Of a DNA stretch of 64,000 bases, positions 36,952-49,936 are shown one piece after another. Both the position numbers and the translations under genes were made by a program. The stretch covers positions 3,496-67,495 of the forward strand of contig CAMBZZ010000007.1 in the NCBI GenBank assembly GCA_945872615.1, given 5' to 3'. Each line of letters begins with the position of its first letter. The first letter of the stretch is position 1. The notes beneath the pieces are model-generated. The model was not told where the DNA came from. It searched no databases and saw only the letters and a list, made by a program, of their open reading frames with translations. The DNA comes from an uncultured Clostridia bacterium. GTDB lineage: Bacteria > Bacillota > Clostridia > Christensenellales > UBA3700.

Positions 36952-39426
36952 ATGGAGATTTATCAAAAAATGGAAAAAGTAAGTTTTAATGATTTTGACA
37001 AGCAAGTGTCTCAAAAGTGCGAAGTTTATTTTGGAAAAACCATAGAAAACTGTAGCAAAACGCAACTTTACAGAGCCATTTGCATGACTGTGAGAGATTA
37101 TTTGACCGAAAAGCGTCTAAAATTCAAACAGAATAGAATCAAGCAAGAAACCAAGCAAGTATATTATATGTCGATGGAGTTTTTGCTCGGTCGTTCCCTC
37201 AAAAACCACCTGTACAACCTTGGTATGACGGGCGTGGTAGAGGAATTGTGCAAAAAATACGGAACCACTATAGAAGATATATATGCAATCGAGCCCGATG
37301 CGGGACTTGGCAACGGCGGTTTGGGTAGACTTGCAGCCGCTTATATGGAATCTTTGACCAACCTCAATTACGTGGCGAGCGGATTTTCTATCAGATACGA
37401 CTACGGTATCTTCAAACAAAAGATTGTTGACGGCTTGCAGATGGAGATGCCCGACGAATGGCTTACCAACGGCGACGTTTGGCTTGCTCCGAGAGAGGAA
37501 GATACTTTCGAAGTTAAGTTCGGCGGCAGCGTAGAACAAAGATGGGAAGACGGCAAACTCAAAATCGAATATAGAGATTGCTACAACATCCTTGCCGTTC
37601 CTTACGATATGAATATCAGCGGTTATGACGTGCCTGCTGTCAATAAATTGCGCCTTTGGACGGCAAAAGCGCCCGTTGACTTCGACATGCAACTCTTCTC
37701 TCAAGGCGAATACGTCAAGTCTTTGGAACAAAAGGCTTTGGCAGAAAGTATATGTAAAGTATTGTATCCTGCCGACCATCATATAGAAGGTAAGATGCTT
37801 AGACTTAAGCAACAATATTTCTTCGTTTCGGCTTCTATCCAATCTATCATCAAAAAGCATATCAGAGACTATAAGACCCTCGACAACCTCGGTCAAAAAG
37901 TGGCTATCCACATCAACGATACCCACCCAACGCTCTGCATCCCCGAGCTCATGAGAATTTTGTTGGACGATTATGGTTATAGTTGGGACGACGCTTGGAA
38001 GATTATCAAGGAGACTATTTCTTACACCAACCACACCGTTATGGCAGAGGCTCTCGAAAAGTGGCCTGAGAATATCTTCAAGCAACTTTTGCCAAGAATA
38101 TATCAAATAGTGTGCGAAATCAACCACAGATATTGTCAAGACTTGTGGAGCTTCTATCCAAACGACTTCAAGAAAGTGGCTTACAACGCCGTTATGGCTG
38201 ACGGTCAAATCAAGATGGCTAACCTCTGTCTTGCCGCTTCTCACACCGTCAACGGCGTATCGGCATTGCACTCGGAGATTTTGAAGAACGACGTTTTCCA
38301 CGACGCATACGTGATGACGCCTGACAAGTTTACCAACGTAACCAACGGTATCACTTATCGTAGATGGTTGTGTCAAGCCAATCCGTTGCTCTCCGACTTC
38401 ATCTCCTCTTTGATAGGCGACGGCTTTAAGAAAGACGCCAACGAACTCAAGAAACTCGTCGCTTTCAAAAACGACGCCGCAGTCCTCGATAAGTGGATGG
38501 ATATTAAGAGAGCCAACAAGGTTGTTCTTGCCAACTATATCAAAGAAGCCAACGGTATCGACGTAGACCCCGACTCTATCTTTGACGTTCAAGTCAAGAG
38601 ATTGCACGAGTATAAGCGCCAGCTGCTCAACGCGTTGCATATCTTGGATTTGTACTATCAGATCAAGCAAAATCCAAATATCGAGATGAATCCACGCACC
38701 TTTATCTTCGGTGCCAAGGCTGCGCCAAGTTACTTTATGGCTAAGCAAATAATCAGACTTATCCATTCGCTTGGAAAACTCATCAACGACGATCCGGACG
38801 TTAGGGGAAGAATTAAGGTCGTATATATCGAAAACTACCGCGTAACTCTTGCCGAAATGATTATGCCTGCTTCCGACGTGTCCGAACAAATCTCCATTGC
38901 GGGTAAGGAAGCCAGCGGTACGGGTAACATGAAGTTTATGATCAACGGTGCGGTTACTATCGGTACCATGGACGGCGCGAATATCGAAATTCATGAAAAC
39001 GTAGGCGCAGAGAATATCTTCATCTTCGGTTTGCTTGCTCACGAAATCGACGAACTCAACCGCAACGGTTACGAGCCTAGCAGATATTATCAGTCCAATG
39101 CTCGTATCAAAGCCGTCATCGACGGATTGCATAGAGGCATTGCCGGCGTCAATTACAGCGAAATCGCCGACAGCCTTATGTTTGGCGGAGACACCTACAA
39201 GGTATTTGCCGACTTCGATTCTTACTGCGACGCTCACAATCGTCTCGACAGAGCATATTCCGACAAGAGACGTTGGGCAAGTATGAGCCTAATGAACACT
39301 GCGGGCGCAGGTTTCTTCTCCTCGGATAGAAGCGTGCAAGAATATGCCGATAGGATTTGGCATCTCCAACCCGTAAAGGAAGAGAATAAATCAACTGCAA
39401 AAAAGACGAGCAAAAAGTCTAAATAA
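36952..39426 (+). CDS. glgP: Glycogen/maltodextrin phosphorylase
   Basis: GLGNGGLGRLAA, the EASGTGNMKF pyridoxal-phosphate site, 824 aa. Confidence 0.96.
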   Translation: MEIYQKMEKVSFNDFDKQVSQKCEVYFGKTIENCSKTQLYRAICMTVRDYLTEKRLKFKQNRIKQETKQVYYMSMEFLLGRSLKNHLYNLGMTGVVEELCKKYGTTIEDIYAIEPDAGLGNGGLGRLAAAYMESLTNLNYVASGFSIRYDYGIFKQKIVDGLQMEMPDEWLTNGDVWLAPREEDTFEVKFGGSVEQRWEDGKLKIEYRDCYNILAVPYDMNISGYDVPAVNKLRLWTAKAPVDFDMQLFSQGEYVKSLEQKALAESICKVLYPADHHIEGKMLRLKQQYFFVSASIQSIIKKHIRDYKTLDNLGQKVAIHINDTHPTLCIPELMRILLDDYGYSWDDAWKIIKETISYTNHTVMAEALEKWPENIFKQLLPRIYQIVCEINHRYCQDLWSFYPNDFKKVAYNAVMADGQIKMANLCLAASHTVNGVSALHSEILKNDVFHDAYVMTPDKFTNVTNGITYRRWLCQANPLLSDFISSLIGDGFKKDANELKKLVAFKNDAAVLDKWMDIKRANKVVLANYIKEANGIDVDPDSIFDVQVKRLHEYKRQLLNALHILDLYYQIKQNPNIEMNPRTFIFGAKAAPSYFMAKQIIRLIHSLGKLINDDPDVRGRIKVVYIENYRVTLAEMIMPASDVSEQISIAGKEASGTGNMKFMINGAVTIGTMDGANIEIHENVGAENIFIFGLLAHEIDELNRNGYEPSRYYQSNARIKAVIDGLHRGIAGVNYSEIADSLMFGGDTYKVFADFDSYCDAHNRLDRAYSDKRRWASMSLMNTAGAGFFSSDRSVQEYADRIWHLQPVKEENKSTAKKTSKKSK

Positions 39427-39432
39427 TCAAGA

Positions 39433-39468
39433 ATATCCCGACATAATAACGGTCGGGATATTTTATTT
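39433..39468 (+). terminator. Rho-independent terminator of the glycogen operon
   Basis: ATATCCCGAC-ataataacg-GTCGGGATAT followed by TTTATTT. Confidence 0.85.
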
Positions 39469-39606
39469 CTTAATTTCGCCAAAATCGGTTCATTTGATAT
39501 GGCTACGTGTTTTTATAGGTCAACGGCGATGCGTCTTATGAATTATGCGCCACAGACGAAAAATTAAATCTTGTGGAAAGTATTATTTTATTGCACTATA
39601 ATAAAA

Positions 39607-39678
39607 TAGGAATAATTCCTAATATTTTAGGAATTATTCCTATTTTTGCTTGACAAGTTAGAATTTTAGGTATATTAT
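39607..39678 (+). promoter_or_regulatory. Two 15-bp 7-1-7 palindromes (TAGGAAT-N-ATTCCTA), then a TTGACA-17-TATTAT promoter
   Basis: Box 1 at 39607..39621 and box 2 at 39628..39642, 21 bp centre to centre. -35 at 39650..39655 and -10 at 39673..39678. Confidence 0.7.
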
Positions 39679-39697
39679 ATAATCATAGAGAGGTATT

Positions 39698-40075
39698 ATG
39701 GCAACCAATTATTCCAGCAGAAGACAAGCGGTACTACAAGTGCTCCAATCTACCAAGTCGCACCCTAGTGCGGAGAGTATTTTTGAGCAATGTAGGCTTT
39801 TGATACCCAATATATCTCTCGGTACGGTGTATCGCAATCTCGCTTTACTCGAGGAGAGAGGTGAGATAATCAAGGTCGCCAACGTGGCGGGCGTTGATAG
39901 ATACGACGCTACCGTCACCCCTCACGTGCATAGGATTTGTCCTTGTTGCGGTAGGGTGGACGACGTAGAAGTGTCGGATAATCTGAGAGATGCGCTCTAC
40001 AAAGAAGCCGATGATAAAGGCTATCAAAGTATTCAACTCACTTTTTATGCCAAATGCAAAGAATGTGAAGAATAA
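39698..40075 (+). CDS. Fur-family metalloregulator (PerR-like)
   Basis: 125 aa. ..[19 protein letters not shown].. winged helix. Paired CxxC motifs (CPCCG, CKEC). Confidence 0.88.
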   Translation: MATNYSSRRQAVLQVLQSTKSHPSAESIFEQCRLLIPNISLGTVYRNLALLEERGEIIKVANVAGVDRYDATVTPHVHRICPCCGRVDDVEVSDNLRDALYKEADDKGYQSIQLTFYAKCKECEE

Positions 40076-40107
40076 ATAATATCAACAACAATTTGGAGGA
40101 TTTTATT

Positions 40108-40653
40108 ATGGCAAAATTTTCATGCACAATATGTGGTTACGTTCACGAAGGAGACAGCGCTCCTGAGTTCTGTCCTATCTGCAAAGCTCCTGCTTCTAAG
40201 TTTGTAGAGGTTGCAGGCGAAATCAAATGGGCTGACGAGCACAGAGTCGGCGTTGCTAAAGACCTTGATCCTGAAGTTGTCAAGGGACTTATGGACAACT
40301 TCAACGGCGAATGCAGCGAAGTAGGTATGTACCTCGCTATGAGCAGACAAGCTGATAGAGAAGGCTATCCTGACGTAGCAGAAGCATTTAAGAGATACGC
40401 ATTCGAAGAGGCTGAGCACGCTGCTAAGTTCGCAGAGCTTCTTGGCAATGTGTTGACCGACAGCACCGCTAAAAACGTTAAGATGCGTATGGAAGCGGAA
40501 GCAGGCGCTTGCGAAGGCAAACTTATGCTTGCAAAACTCGCTAAGCAACTCGGTTACGACGCCGTTCACGACACCGTTCACGAGATGGCTAAGGACGAAG
40601 CAAGACACGGCTCCGGCTTTATGGGCTTGTACAACAGATATTTTAAGAAATAA
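40108..40653 (+). CDS. rbr: Reverse rubrerythrin (N-terminal rubredoxin-like domain plus a ferritin-like di-iron domain)
   Basis: [17 protein letters not shown], followed by four-helix-bundle ExxH motifs ([15 protein letters not shown]). GGAGG RBS before the ATG at 40108. Confidence 0.88.
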   Translation: MAKFSCTICGYVHEGDSAPEFCPICKAPASKFVEVAGEIKWADEHRVGVAKDLDPEVVKGLMDNFNGECSEVGMYLAMSRQADREGYPDVAEAFKRYAFEEAEHAAKFAELLGNVLTDSTAKNVKMRMEAEAGACEGKLMLAKLAKQLGYDAVHDTVHEMAKDEARHGSGFMGLYNRYFKK

Positions 40654-40735
40654 TCTGTACGGTAACAATTAGTTTACACCAAGTCGTATACTTTGGGGGA
40701 TTGACTTAGGTCAACAGTAAGGACGACGGCTTGTG

Positions 40736-40767
40736 AAAAAGAGTTGACTTTCGTCAACTCTTTTTGT
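40736..40767. terminator. Bidirectional terminator between convergent genes
   Basis: AAAAA-GAGTTGAC-tttc-GTCAACTC-TTTTT. Confidence 0.85.
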
Positions 40768-40781
40768 TTGTGGACTAATAT

Positions 40782-41342
40782 TTAATTATTATCGTTTTGC
40801 CGTTTTAGAAGATTCTTGATTTGTTTTAGCTCGACAATTACCGAAGACATTACCATCATAACTATGCCAAGAGCTATGCCAACAACCATTACGACAACGG
40901 CAAACATATCTAATACGTAAAATAGGAAAAATCCGCCTATCGCGCTGGCAATAATCAGCAATAATCCCAAAGCATAAAGTATAGTGTTTCGAAAATTGCT
41001 ATTTTCTTGCGTTGCTTTGGATTTGGTAGTATTGTTTGAAGAAGGTTTGTAGTATCTGAGGAACTCTTGATATTCTTCGTCAGTTAGCTCGATAGGAACT
41101 TTTTTGTAGGCAACACACTTTTTGGTATTAGTGTCGTAGTGCAAAAAAGGATATTCGTCACTCTTGACGTCCTTTTCTTCGGGGTCAAACACCATATTAA
41201 ACAAGCCTGCGTCAATGAGTTGACGCTTTTTGTTCTCATCGGCAGCTTGTTGAGCTTTCTTGCTAGCATCGGCAGATTTTTGAGCTGCAAGTTGCTTTTG
41301 TTTTTCAATGTAACTTGCAAGTTGTGGATTGATATTGTCCAT
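40782..41342 (-). CDS. Hypothetical membrane protein (N-terminal charged coiled-coil-like region, two C-terminal TM helices)
   Basis: AAGGAG RBS 6 nt before the ATG at 41342 (MDNINPQ..). C-terminal hydrophobic segments ILYALGLLLIIASAIGGFFLFYVL and VVVMVVGIALGIVMMVMSSVIV. No family recognised. Confidence 0.55.
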   Translation of the reverse strand: MDNINPQLASYIEKQKQLAAQKSADASKKAQQAADENKKRQLIDAGLFNMVFDPEEKDVKSDEYPFLHYDTNTKKCVAYKKVPIELTDEEYQEFLRYYKPSSNNTTKSKATQENSNFRNTILYALGLLLIIASAIGGFFLFYVLDMFAVVVMVVGIALGIVMMVMSSVIVELKQIKNLLKRQNDNN

Positions 41343-41554
41343 ATGGCTCTCCTTTTGTCTTTTCATAATTATAACATAATAAAATATTTTGTCAATACCT
41401 TATCTAAAGCATAGCTATCGTAGTCGCTGTTAAGGTACAACTGTCGCAATCCCGATTTTATGACAAAGCTCTAGTCGTGTAAAAATTTTGCACACGTATG
41501 GACAATAGGGATAGATTATGATAATATAATATTATAATATACTAAGGGTGAAAT

Positions 41555-43093
41555 ATGAGCGCAAACAACGATAATATGAAGTTGGACGTCAAGCGAACTT
41601 TGTTCGTCGGCTTTGCCTTTATGGGCATAATGTGCTTTTGGGAAGTGTATGATTACATAATGCCGCTTATCTTAAGCAGATATTTCGGGCTCAATCAAGC
41701 GCAGTACGGCATAGTTATGGGGTTAGACAATTTATTGGCTATATTCTTGTTGCCGTTTTTTGGCAGTCTTAGCGACAAAAAGGTGAGCGCGAAACTCGGA
41801 CGAAGGACGCATTTCATTCTTTTCGGTACGTTGGCGGCGGTGGTGTGCCTAGTGGGTATTGCTATTACAGAGCTGTTGCAATATCGAGCCGTAATGGGTG
41901 CGGATATTCAAAACTTGGATAGTTTGGTGCAGTACGGTTTGGACGAAAAGTACCTTGTAGGTGAATATCGAGCTATCTACGACGGAGTAATAGCCACGGG
42001 CGTCAAACCCGAGGGCGATGCGTTGGTGATGTACAACGAGATGCTCAACAATATATACGGCGCGCAAGTGGCGTGTGCGGGGGCGGTCACCAAAGCGAAA
42101 CCTCTATACTTTATTTTGTTTATGTGCGTGCTAGTGTGCGCATTGCTGGCAATGGCGTCTTATAGGTCTCCTGCCGTGGCTCTTATGCCCGACGTAACGC
42201 CTAAGCCTTTGCGTAGCCAAGCCAACGCAATAATCAACATTATGGGCGGAGCTGGCGGTCTGGTATCCATATTGCTGTACACCTTCCTAGCTAAGCAGAG
42301 GTATCAATCTCACGTTGCTCTCTTTATCGGGCTTGCGGGCGTAATGCTATGTATGTTGGGACTCTTTTTGGGCTTGTGCAAAGAAAAGAAGTTCGTGGCA
42401 ATGCGGTACGAAGAAGAAAAACGTTGGGAGATTGTCGACGAGATAGAGATCCAAAGCACAGAAAAACTTCCTAAGGAAAAGGTCGTGTCGCTTTTGCTCA
42501 TACTCGGTACGGTGTTCCTTTGGTTTATGGGTTACAACGCCGTCAAGTCGCACTTGTCGACCTACGCAACCTCGGTACTCAACTTTAAGGACAGCTTTGT
42601 AGGCGTCATCAATATCATCAACGGCGCGGGCGGTGCTATAGCAATGCTTCCCGTTGCGCTAATGGCAAGCAAAATAGGTAGAAAGAAGTCTATCATCATA
42701 GGACTTGCGCTGTCAGCCGTTGCGTTCGTGCCTTGCTTTTTGATGACTGCCAACACCCCGGGCGTTGGAGTATTGTTTCCGCTTTGCTTTATTTTGGCAG
42801 GCTTTGGACTGGTGTGCGTCAACGTCAATACCTTCCCTATGGTGACGGAATTGTCCAAGGGTAGCAACGTAGGCAAGTACACGGGATATTATTATATATC
42901 GTCCATGACGGCGCAATCGCTCACTCCTGCCTTTGCGGGAATATTTATGGATAAAATCAGTAGCAACGCGGTGTTTGTTTATGCTATTATATTTGTGACG
43001 TTGGCGATAGTGGCGTGCATATTTATAAAGCACGGCGACAACAAACCCGTCAAGAAGCAGAAAGTGGTAGAATATTTTGCCGAGGAGGAATAA
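41555..43093 (+). CDS. MFS-type transporter (substrate unknown) with a long insertion after TM3
   Basis: 512 aa and ~12 predicted hydrophobic helices. MFS-like ..LPFFGSLSDK..GRR.. loop motif. Confidence 0.7.
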   Translation: MSANNDNMKLDVKRTLFVGFAFMGIMCFWEVYDYIMPLILSRYFGLNQAQYGIVMGLDNLLAIFLLPFFGSLSDKKVSAKLGRRTHFILFGTLAAVVCLVGIAITELLQYRAVMGADIQNLDSLVQYGLDEKYLVGEYRAIYDGVIATGVKPEGDALVMYNEMLNNIYGAQVACAGAVTKAKPLYFILFMCVLVCALLAMASYRSPAVALMPDVTPKPLRSQANAIINIMGGAGGLVSILLYTFLAKQRYQSHVALFIGLAGVMLCMLGLFLGLCKEKKFVAMRYEEEKRWEIVDEIEIQSTEKLPKEKVVSLLLILGTVFLWFMGYNAVKSHLSTYATSVLNFKDSFVGVINIINGAGGAIAMLPVALMASKIGRKKSIIIGLALSAVAFVPCFLMTANTPGVGVLFPLCFILAGFGLVCVNVNTFPMVTELSKGSNVGKYTGYYYISSMTAQSLTPAFAGIFMDKISSNAVFVYAIIFVTLAIVACIFIKHGDNKPVKKQKVVEYFAEEE

Positions 43094-44400
43094 TGGCTAA
43101 CAAAAAGCAGACTACAAACAGCTCTAAAAGCAATACTAAGAGTAGTGGCAACAATACTAAGGTCGGCAAAAAAGCTGTCAAATCAGCTAAGAAGGCAGTA
43201 AAAAAGGAAATCAAACGTAACAAAGGGCTTCAAATTGCCTTGATAGTTTTGGTCGTGGCAATAGTCGTTGCCGTCGTTGCGCTGTATTTATTCAAGCCCG
43301 ACGTATTCAATTCGATTTTGTCTATGCTTACGGGCAAAGATAATACTCCGCCAACCACGTCAGGTGGTGGAGGCGACGCAGCTATACAAGGCATTACGCC
43401 GATACAAGGTAATATGCTTCAAGTAACATTTGTCAACGTTGGTCAAGGCGACGGCATATTTATCCAGTTCCCTGACGGCAAGACTATGATTATGGATATG
43501 GGTAAGGCTGTGAGCGGTGGACAAAAGGGATATTACGAGGACAACTTGGTACCGCTTTTGGCAAGCGCGGGCGTGACCCAACTCGACTACGTATTCGTCA
43601 CACATACAGACCTCGACCACGTATCTGAGATTGACGACGTGATCAATGACTACGAAGTCAAAAACTTCTATCTTCCGCAAGCCGCCGACGATACGACGGG
43701 CGCTTGGAACAAGGTCATCACGGGTGCGAGAAACGAAAAATATAATCTAGACGGCACTATGACCGACGCTACTATCAACTACAACGTGGACAAGTGGAAT
43801 ATAGAAGGTGATGGTTGGATTATGAAGTGCTTTAGCTACGATGAAGCAGACTATCCGTCTATCGGCAAAGGCTCAACTGCAAAAGTTCTCAATTCCGTAT
43901 CACCGCTGTGCGTGTTGCAATACGGTGGAAGAACGATAGTTTTGTCGGGCGATTCCAATGAAAAGAACGAAAAATACTTCTTGGACAAAGGGTATCTAAA
44001 CGATATCGACTGCGACGTGTATAAGTTGCCTCATCACGGCGCCAACAACACGACGGCAGCGCAAGTATTCAACGCCATTGACCCTGAGTATTGCGTGATA
44101 AGCGTGGGCGAGGGCAATTCTCACGGGCATCCGACGCAAGAAGCACTCGACTTGATGACGGGTTACGTTGACCTCAATCCCGATACCGACTTCAACGGTA
44201 TCGAACAAGTCTATCGCACCGATAGGGACGGCAACGTAGTAGTACAAGTGGGAGAAAACGGTACGCTTAACCTCATCTCCACCAACAATTCTGATAGCAA
44301 CAGAACGCAAGCCACCTTGAGCATCGTTGCTACGGTGTATCGCGTGGACATATATTGCACCTATCAGAAGCAAGAGGAAATCGAACAAAAAGCAGCCTAA
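43093..44400 (+). CDS. Membrane-anchored metallo-beta-lactamase-fold protein (ComEC C-terminal-domain-like)
   Basis: The ATG overlaps the MFS stop (TAATG). Lys/Ser-rich N-terminus and a single TM helix (LQIALIVLVVAIVVAVVALYLF). VNVGQGDGIFIQ..HTDLDH..LPHHG MBL motifs. Confidence 0.7.
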   Translation: MANKKQTTNSSKSNTKSSGNNTKVGKKAVKSAKKAVKKEIKRNKGLQIALIVLVVAIVVAVVALYLFKPDVFNSILSMLTGKDNTPPTTSGGGGDAAIQGITPIQGNMLQVTFVNVGQGDGIFIQFPDGKTMIMDMGKAVSGGQKGYYEDNLVPLLASAGVTQLDYVFVTHTDLDHVSEIDDVINDYEVKNFYLPQAADDTTGAWNKVITGARNEKYNLDGTMTDATINYNVDKWNIEGDGWIMKCFSYDEADYPSIGKGSTAKVLNSVSPLCVLQYGGRTIVLSGDSNEKNEKYFLDKGYLNDIDCDVYKLPHHGANNTTAAQVFNAIDPEYCVISVGEGNSHGHPTQEALDLMTGYVDLNPDTDFNGIEQVYRTDRDGNVVVQVGENGTLNLISTNNSDSNRTQATLSIVATVYRVDIYCTYQKQEEIEQKAA

Positions 44401-44402
44401 AA

Positions 44403-44418
44403 GTCGATACGTATCGAC
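44403..44418. repeat. Perfect 16-bp palindrome GTCGATACGTATCGAC, 2 nt after the stop codon
   Basis: Second copy of the motif found at 18926..18939, with identical 20-nt context TAAAAGTCGATACGTATCGA. Confidence 0.9.
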
Positions 44419-44463
44419 CAAAATATAAATCGTAGACGGCAAGAAAGACGATACGGAGGAAGA

Positions 44464-45291
44464 ATGAATAGATTTGACGTGGAATTGGTAGGCAAGGTCG
44501 GCTCTATGGCTTTGGTAAACAAGGCTTGGGGCGATATTGACTACAACGTAATATCAAGGATAAGTCGAGAGCTTGTCCCAGGTATGATATGGGTCACTTC
44601 TGGTGCAACCGAGATAGGTAGGCTCGATTATATCAAACGAAACGGCAAAGAGATTGACGGCAAAGAAGAGGATAACAAAATCGACTATGCCGCTCAAGGA
44701 CAAGCCATACTTATGGCTAATTATAGACAGTATATCGACCCAAAGTATAGCGTAAGACAAATACTCGTAGAACACCAACACTTCAACGACGACAAAAAGC
44801 GTGAGAACTTGCGAAAACTCTTGCTTAGATGTCCCGCGCAAAACGCCATACCTATCATCAACTACAACGACCCGCTCTCAGATGAAGAGATAGTCAAGCT
44901 CGAGCTTAGACAACTCGAAGAAAAGGGGCAAAAGACGGTGCATTGTATGGACAACGACGAGACGGCTTCGCAAGTAGCTTGCCTTGTCAAATGTAAGAGA
45001 TTGTTGATATACACCTCAACGCTAGGCATCTACGCAGACCCTAGCAACCCCGATACGATTATTAGAGAAATCGTCGGTAAAGACCCGTACGAGCTGATAG
45101 ACAACATTACCGCTTGTCAAAGTGCGTGCGTAGGCTCTTCTCGCAAAGGTGCCAACGGGGCAAAAGCAAAACTGGAATATATCAAAGCCCCAGCACAAAA
45201 CGGCACGGAAATATATATTGCCAGCCCGCAGTTTTCTATCAAAGACATTTTGTCGGGCAACGCTCCGAGCACCAAAATTTACGTCAAGTAA
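44464..45291 (+). CDS. Amino-acid-kinase-family protein (glutamate-5-kinase-like, no PUA domain)
   Basis: ..LVGKVGSMALVN.. and ..IWVTSGATEIGR.. resemble the AAK-fold N-terminal motifs. Specific function not assignable. Confidence 0.5.
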   Translation: MNRFDVELVGKVGSMALVNKAWGDIDYNVISRISRELVPGMIWVTSGATEIGRLDYIKRNGKEIDGKEEDNKIDYAAQGQAILMANYRQYIDPKYSVRQILVEHQHFNDDKKRENLRKLLLRCPAQNAIPIINYNDPLSDEEIVKLELRQLEEKGQKTVHCMDNDETASQVACLVKCKRLLIYTSTLGIYADPSNPDTIIREIVGKDPYELIDNITACQSACVGSSRKGANGAKAKLEYIKAPAQNGTEIYIASPQFSIKDILSGNAPSTKIYVK

Positions 45292-45347
45292 TATAAACAA
45301 GCCTGCCATCATAAGGATATTTGCATAAGGGATTTTTTGACAAGCGA

Positions 45348-45380
45348 AACGACTAACGAAAACTTCGTTAGTCGTTTTTG
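45348..45380 (+). terminator. Rho-independent terminator
   Basis: AACGACTAACGAA-aac-TTCGTTAGTCGTT followed by TTTTG. Confidence 0.85.
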
Positions 45381-45422
45381 ATGGCGAAAAAAATACAAAG
45401 TGATACTAATAAGAGCCAATTT

Positions 45423-45665
45423 TTAGCCAAAATCGTGCCTATCACAAAATATTTGATTATCTTCTAATAAACATATTATTTTTTCAATTTTTATAAAGCA
45501 GTCCTGGTCTAACAACCTTTCATCTTCAATTGTTTGTTTGATTTGCAATAAAACTTGATAACTTCTACTGTCGACTATTTCTTTAAGTGTCTTATCGTCT
45601 ATACAATCGAGCTTGTAAGTTTCATTTTGCAAGCCGCTTATTAACAATTCTCTCCATAATTCCAT
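45423..45665 (-). CDS. Hypothetical acidic 80-aa protein
   Basis: ORF in an AT-rich segment, divergent from an XRE gene. No family recognised. Confidence 0.45.
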   Translation of the reverse strand: MELWRELLISGLQNETYKLDCIDDKTLKEIVDSRSYQVLLQIKQTIEDERLLDQDCFIKIEKIICLLEDNQIFCDRHDFG

Positions 45666-45761
45666 AAAAATCTCCTATTATTGTCATAGTGGAGATTATA
45701 TCCCCTTAATAAAAAAGATTATAACCCCCATAATATTAGATGTCAACATATGGGGGCTAAA

Positions 45762-45962
45762 ATGTTTAGATTCGATAGATTATTTTTAACAATGGATAAA
45801 AAGGGCGTTTCGACATATAGGCTTAGAGAAGAATGTGGAATTGATAGCAAAACAGTTCGCAGATTAAGAGCAAACCAAAATATTGAAATGAAAACGCTTG
45901 ATAGAATTTGTTCTTTTTTGGATTGTAAAATTGAAGACGTGGTAGAGTTTATAAAAGACTAA
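45762..45962 (+). CDS. XRE/Cro-C1-type HTH protein (~66 aa)
   Basis: ..MDKKGVSTYRLREECGIDSKTVRRLRANQNIEMKTLDRICSFLDCKIEDVVEF is a Cro/C1-type HTH. The start could be ATG 45750 or 45762. Confidence 0.75.
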   Translation: MFRFDRLFLTMDKKGVSTYRLREECGIDSKTVRRLRANQNIEMKTLDRICSFLDCKIEDVVEFIKD

Positions 45963-46141
45963 AATTAAAGAAAGCTTACTAGCTAACTCTCGGTGTTTTT
46001 ATCAAAAAAGTTGAACATACTATACGTCGCCAAAAGTGAAATGTAGTGTGCTTTTTTTCTACAAAGATCAAGTGAAATTGAATAGCCGAACGTAGTCAAC
46101 GCCAACTGTGTCAATATTTAAGATAAATATCACAAATTCGT

Positions 46142-46176
46142 TGAAAATAGCCACCCCGTAAGGAGTGGCTATAGTT
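46142..46176 (-). terminator. Rho-independent terminator of the PFOR gene
   Basis: TAGCCAC..ccgtaagg..GTGGCTA hairpin with flanking A/T runs, 16 nt past the stop. Confidence 0.7.
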
Positions 46177-46191
46177 TTGTAAACTTTTAGA

Positions 46192-49755
<3,564 letters not shown>

Positions 49756-49936
49756 TTAATTCATTTAACCTTAATTATTATAATATACATCTAAATTTTT
49801 TGTCAAACTTTTTGCCCATTCTGCGCGCGAATTATTATAAAAAATAAAATTACATATCTTGTCAATTATATGGCTACAATTATGTTGAAATCCAAAGAAA
49901 AATGTGGTAAAATGTATTGGAAAATTTTGGAGAACT

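Noticed and set aside
37117-39237. A 706-aa ORF antisense to glgP. Similar long antisense ORFs occur at 48550..49746 and 47032..48060 (opposite PFOR), 15768..17111 (opposite gap), 26764..27714 (opposite GH13), 53374..54357 (opposite rplM/rpsI) and 12211..13137 (opposite fba).
   Set aside because: Each lies entirely opposite a confidently identified, highly conserved gene. Their translations are low-complexity and rich in V/R/H/F, and they have no RBS. They are a by-product of codon bias removing stop codons from the antisense frame.
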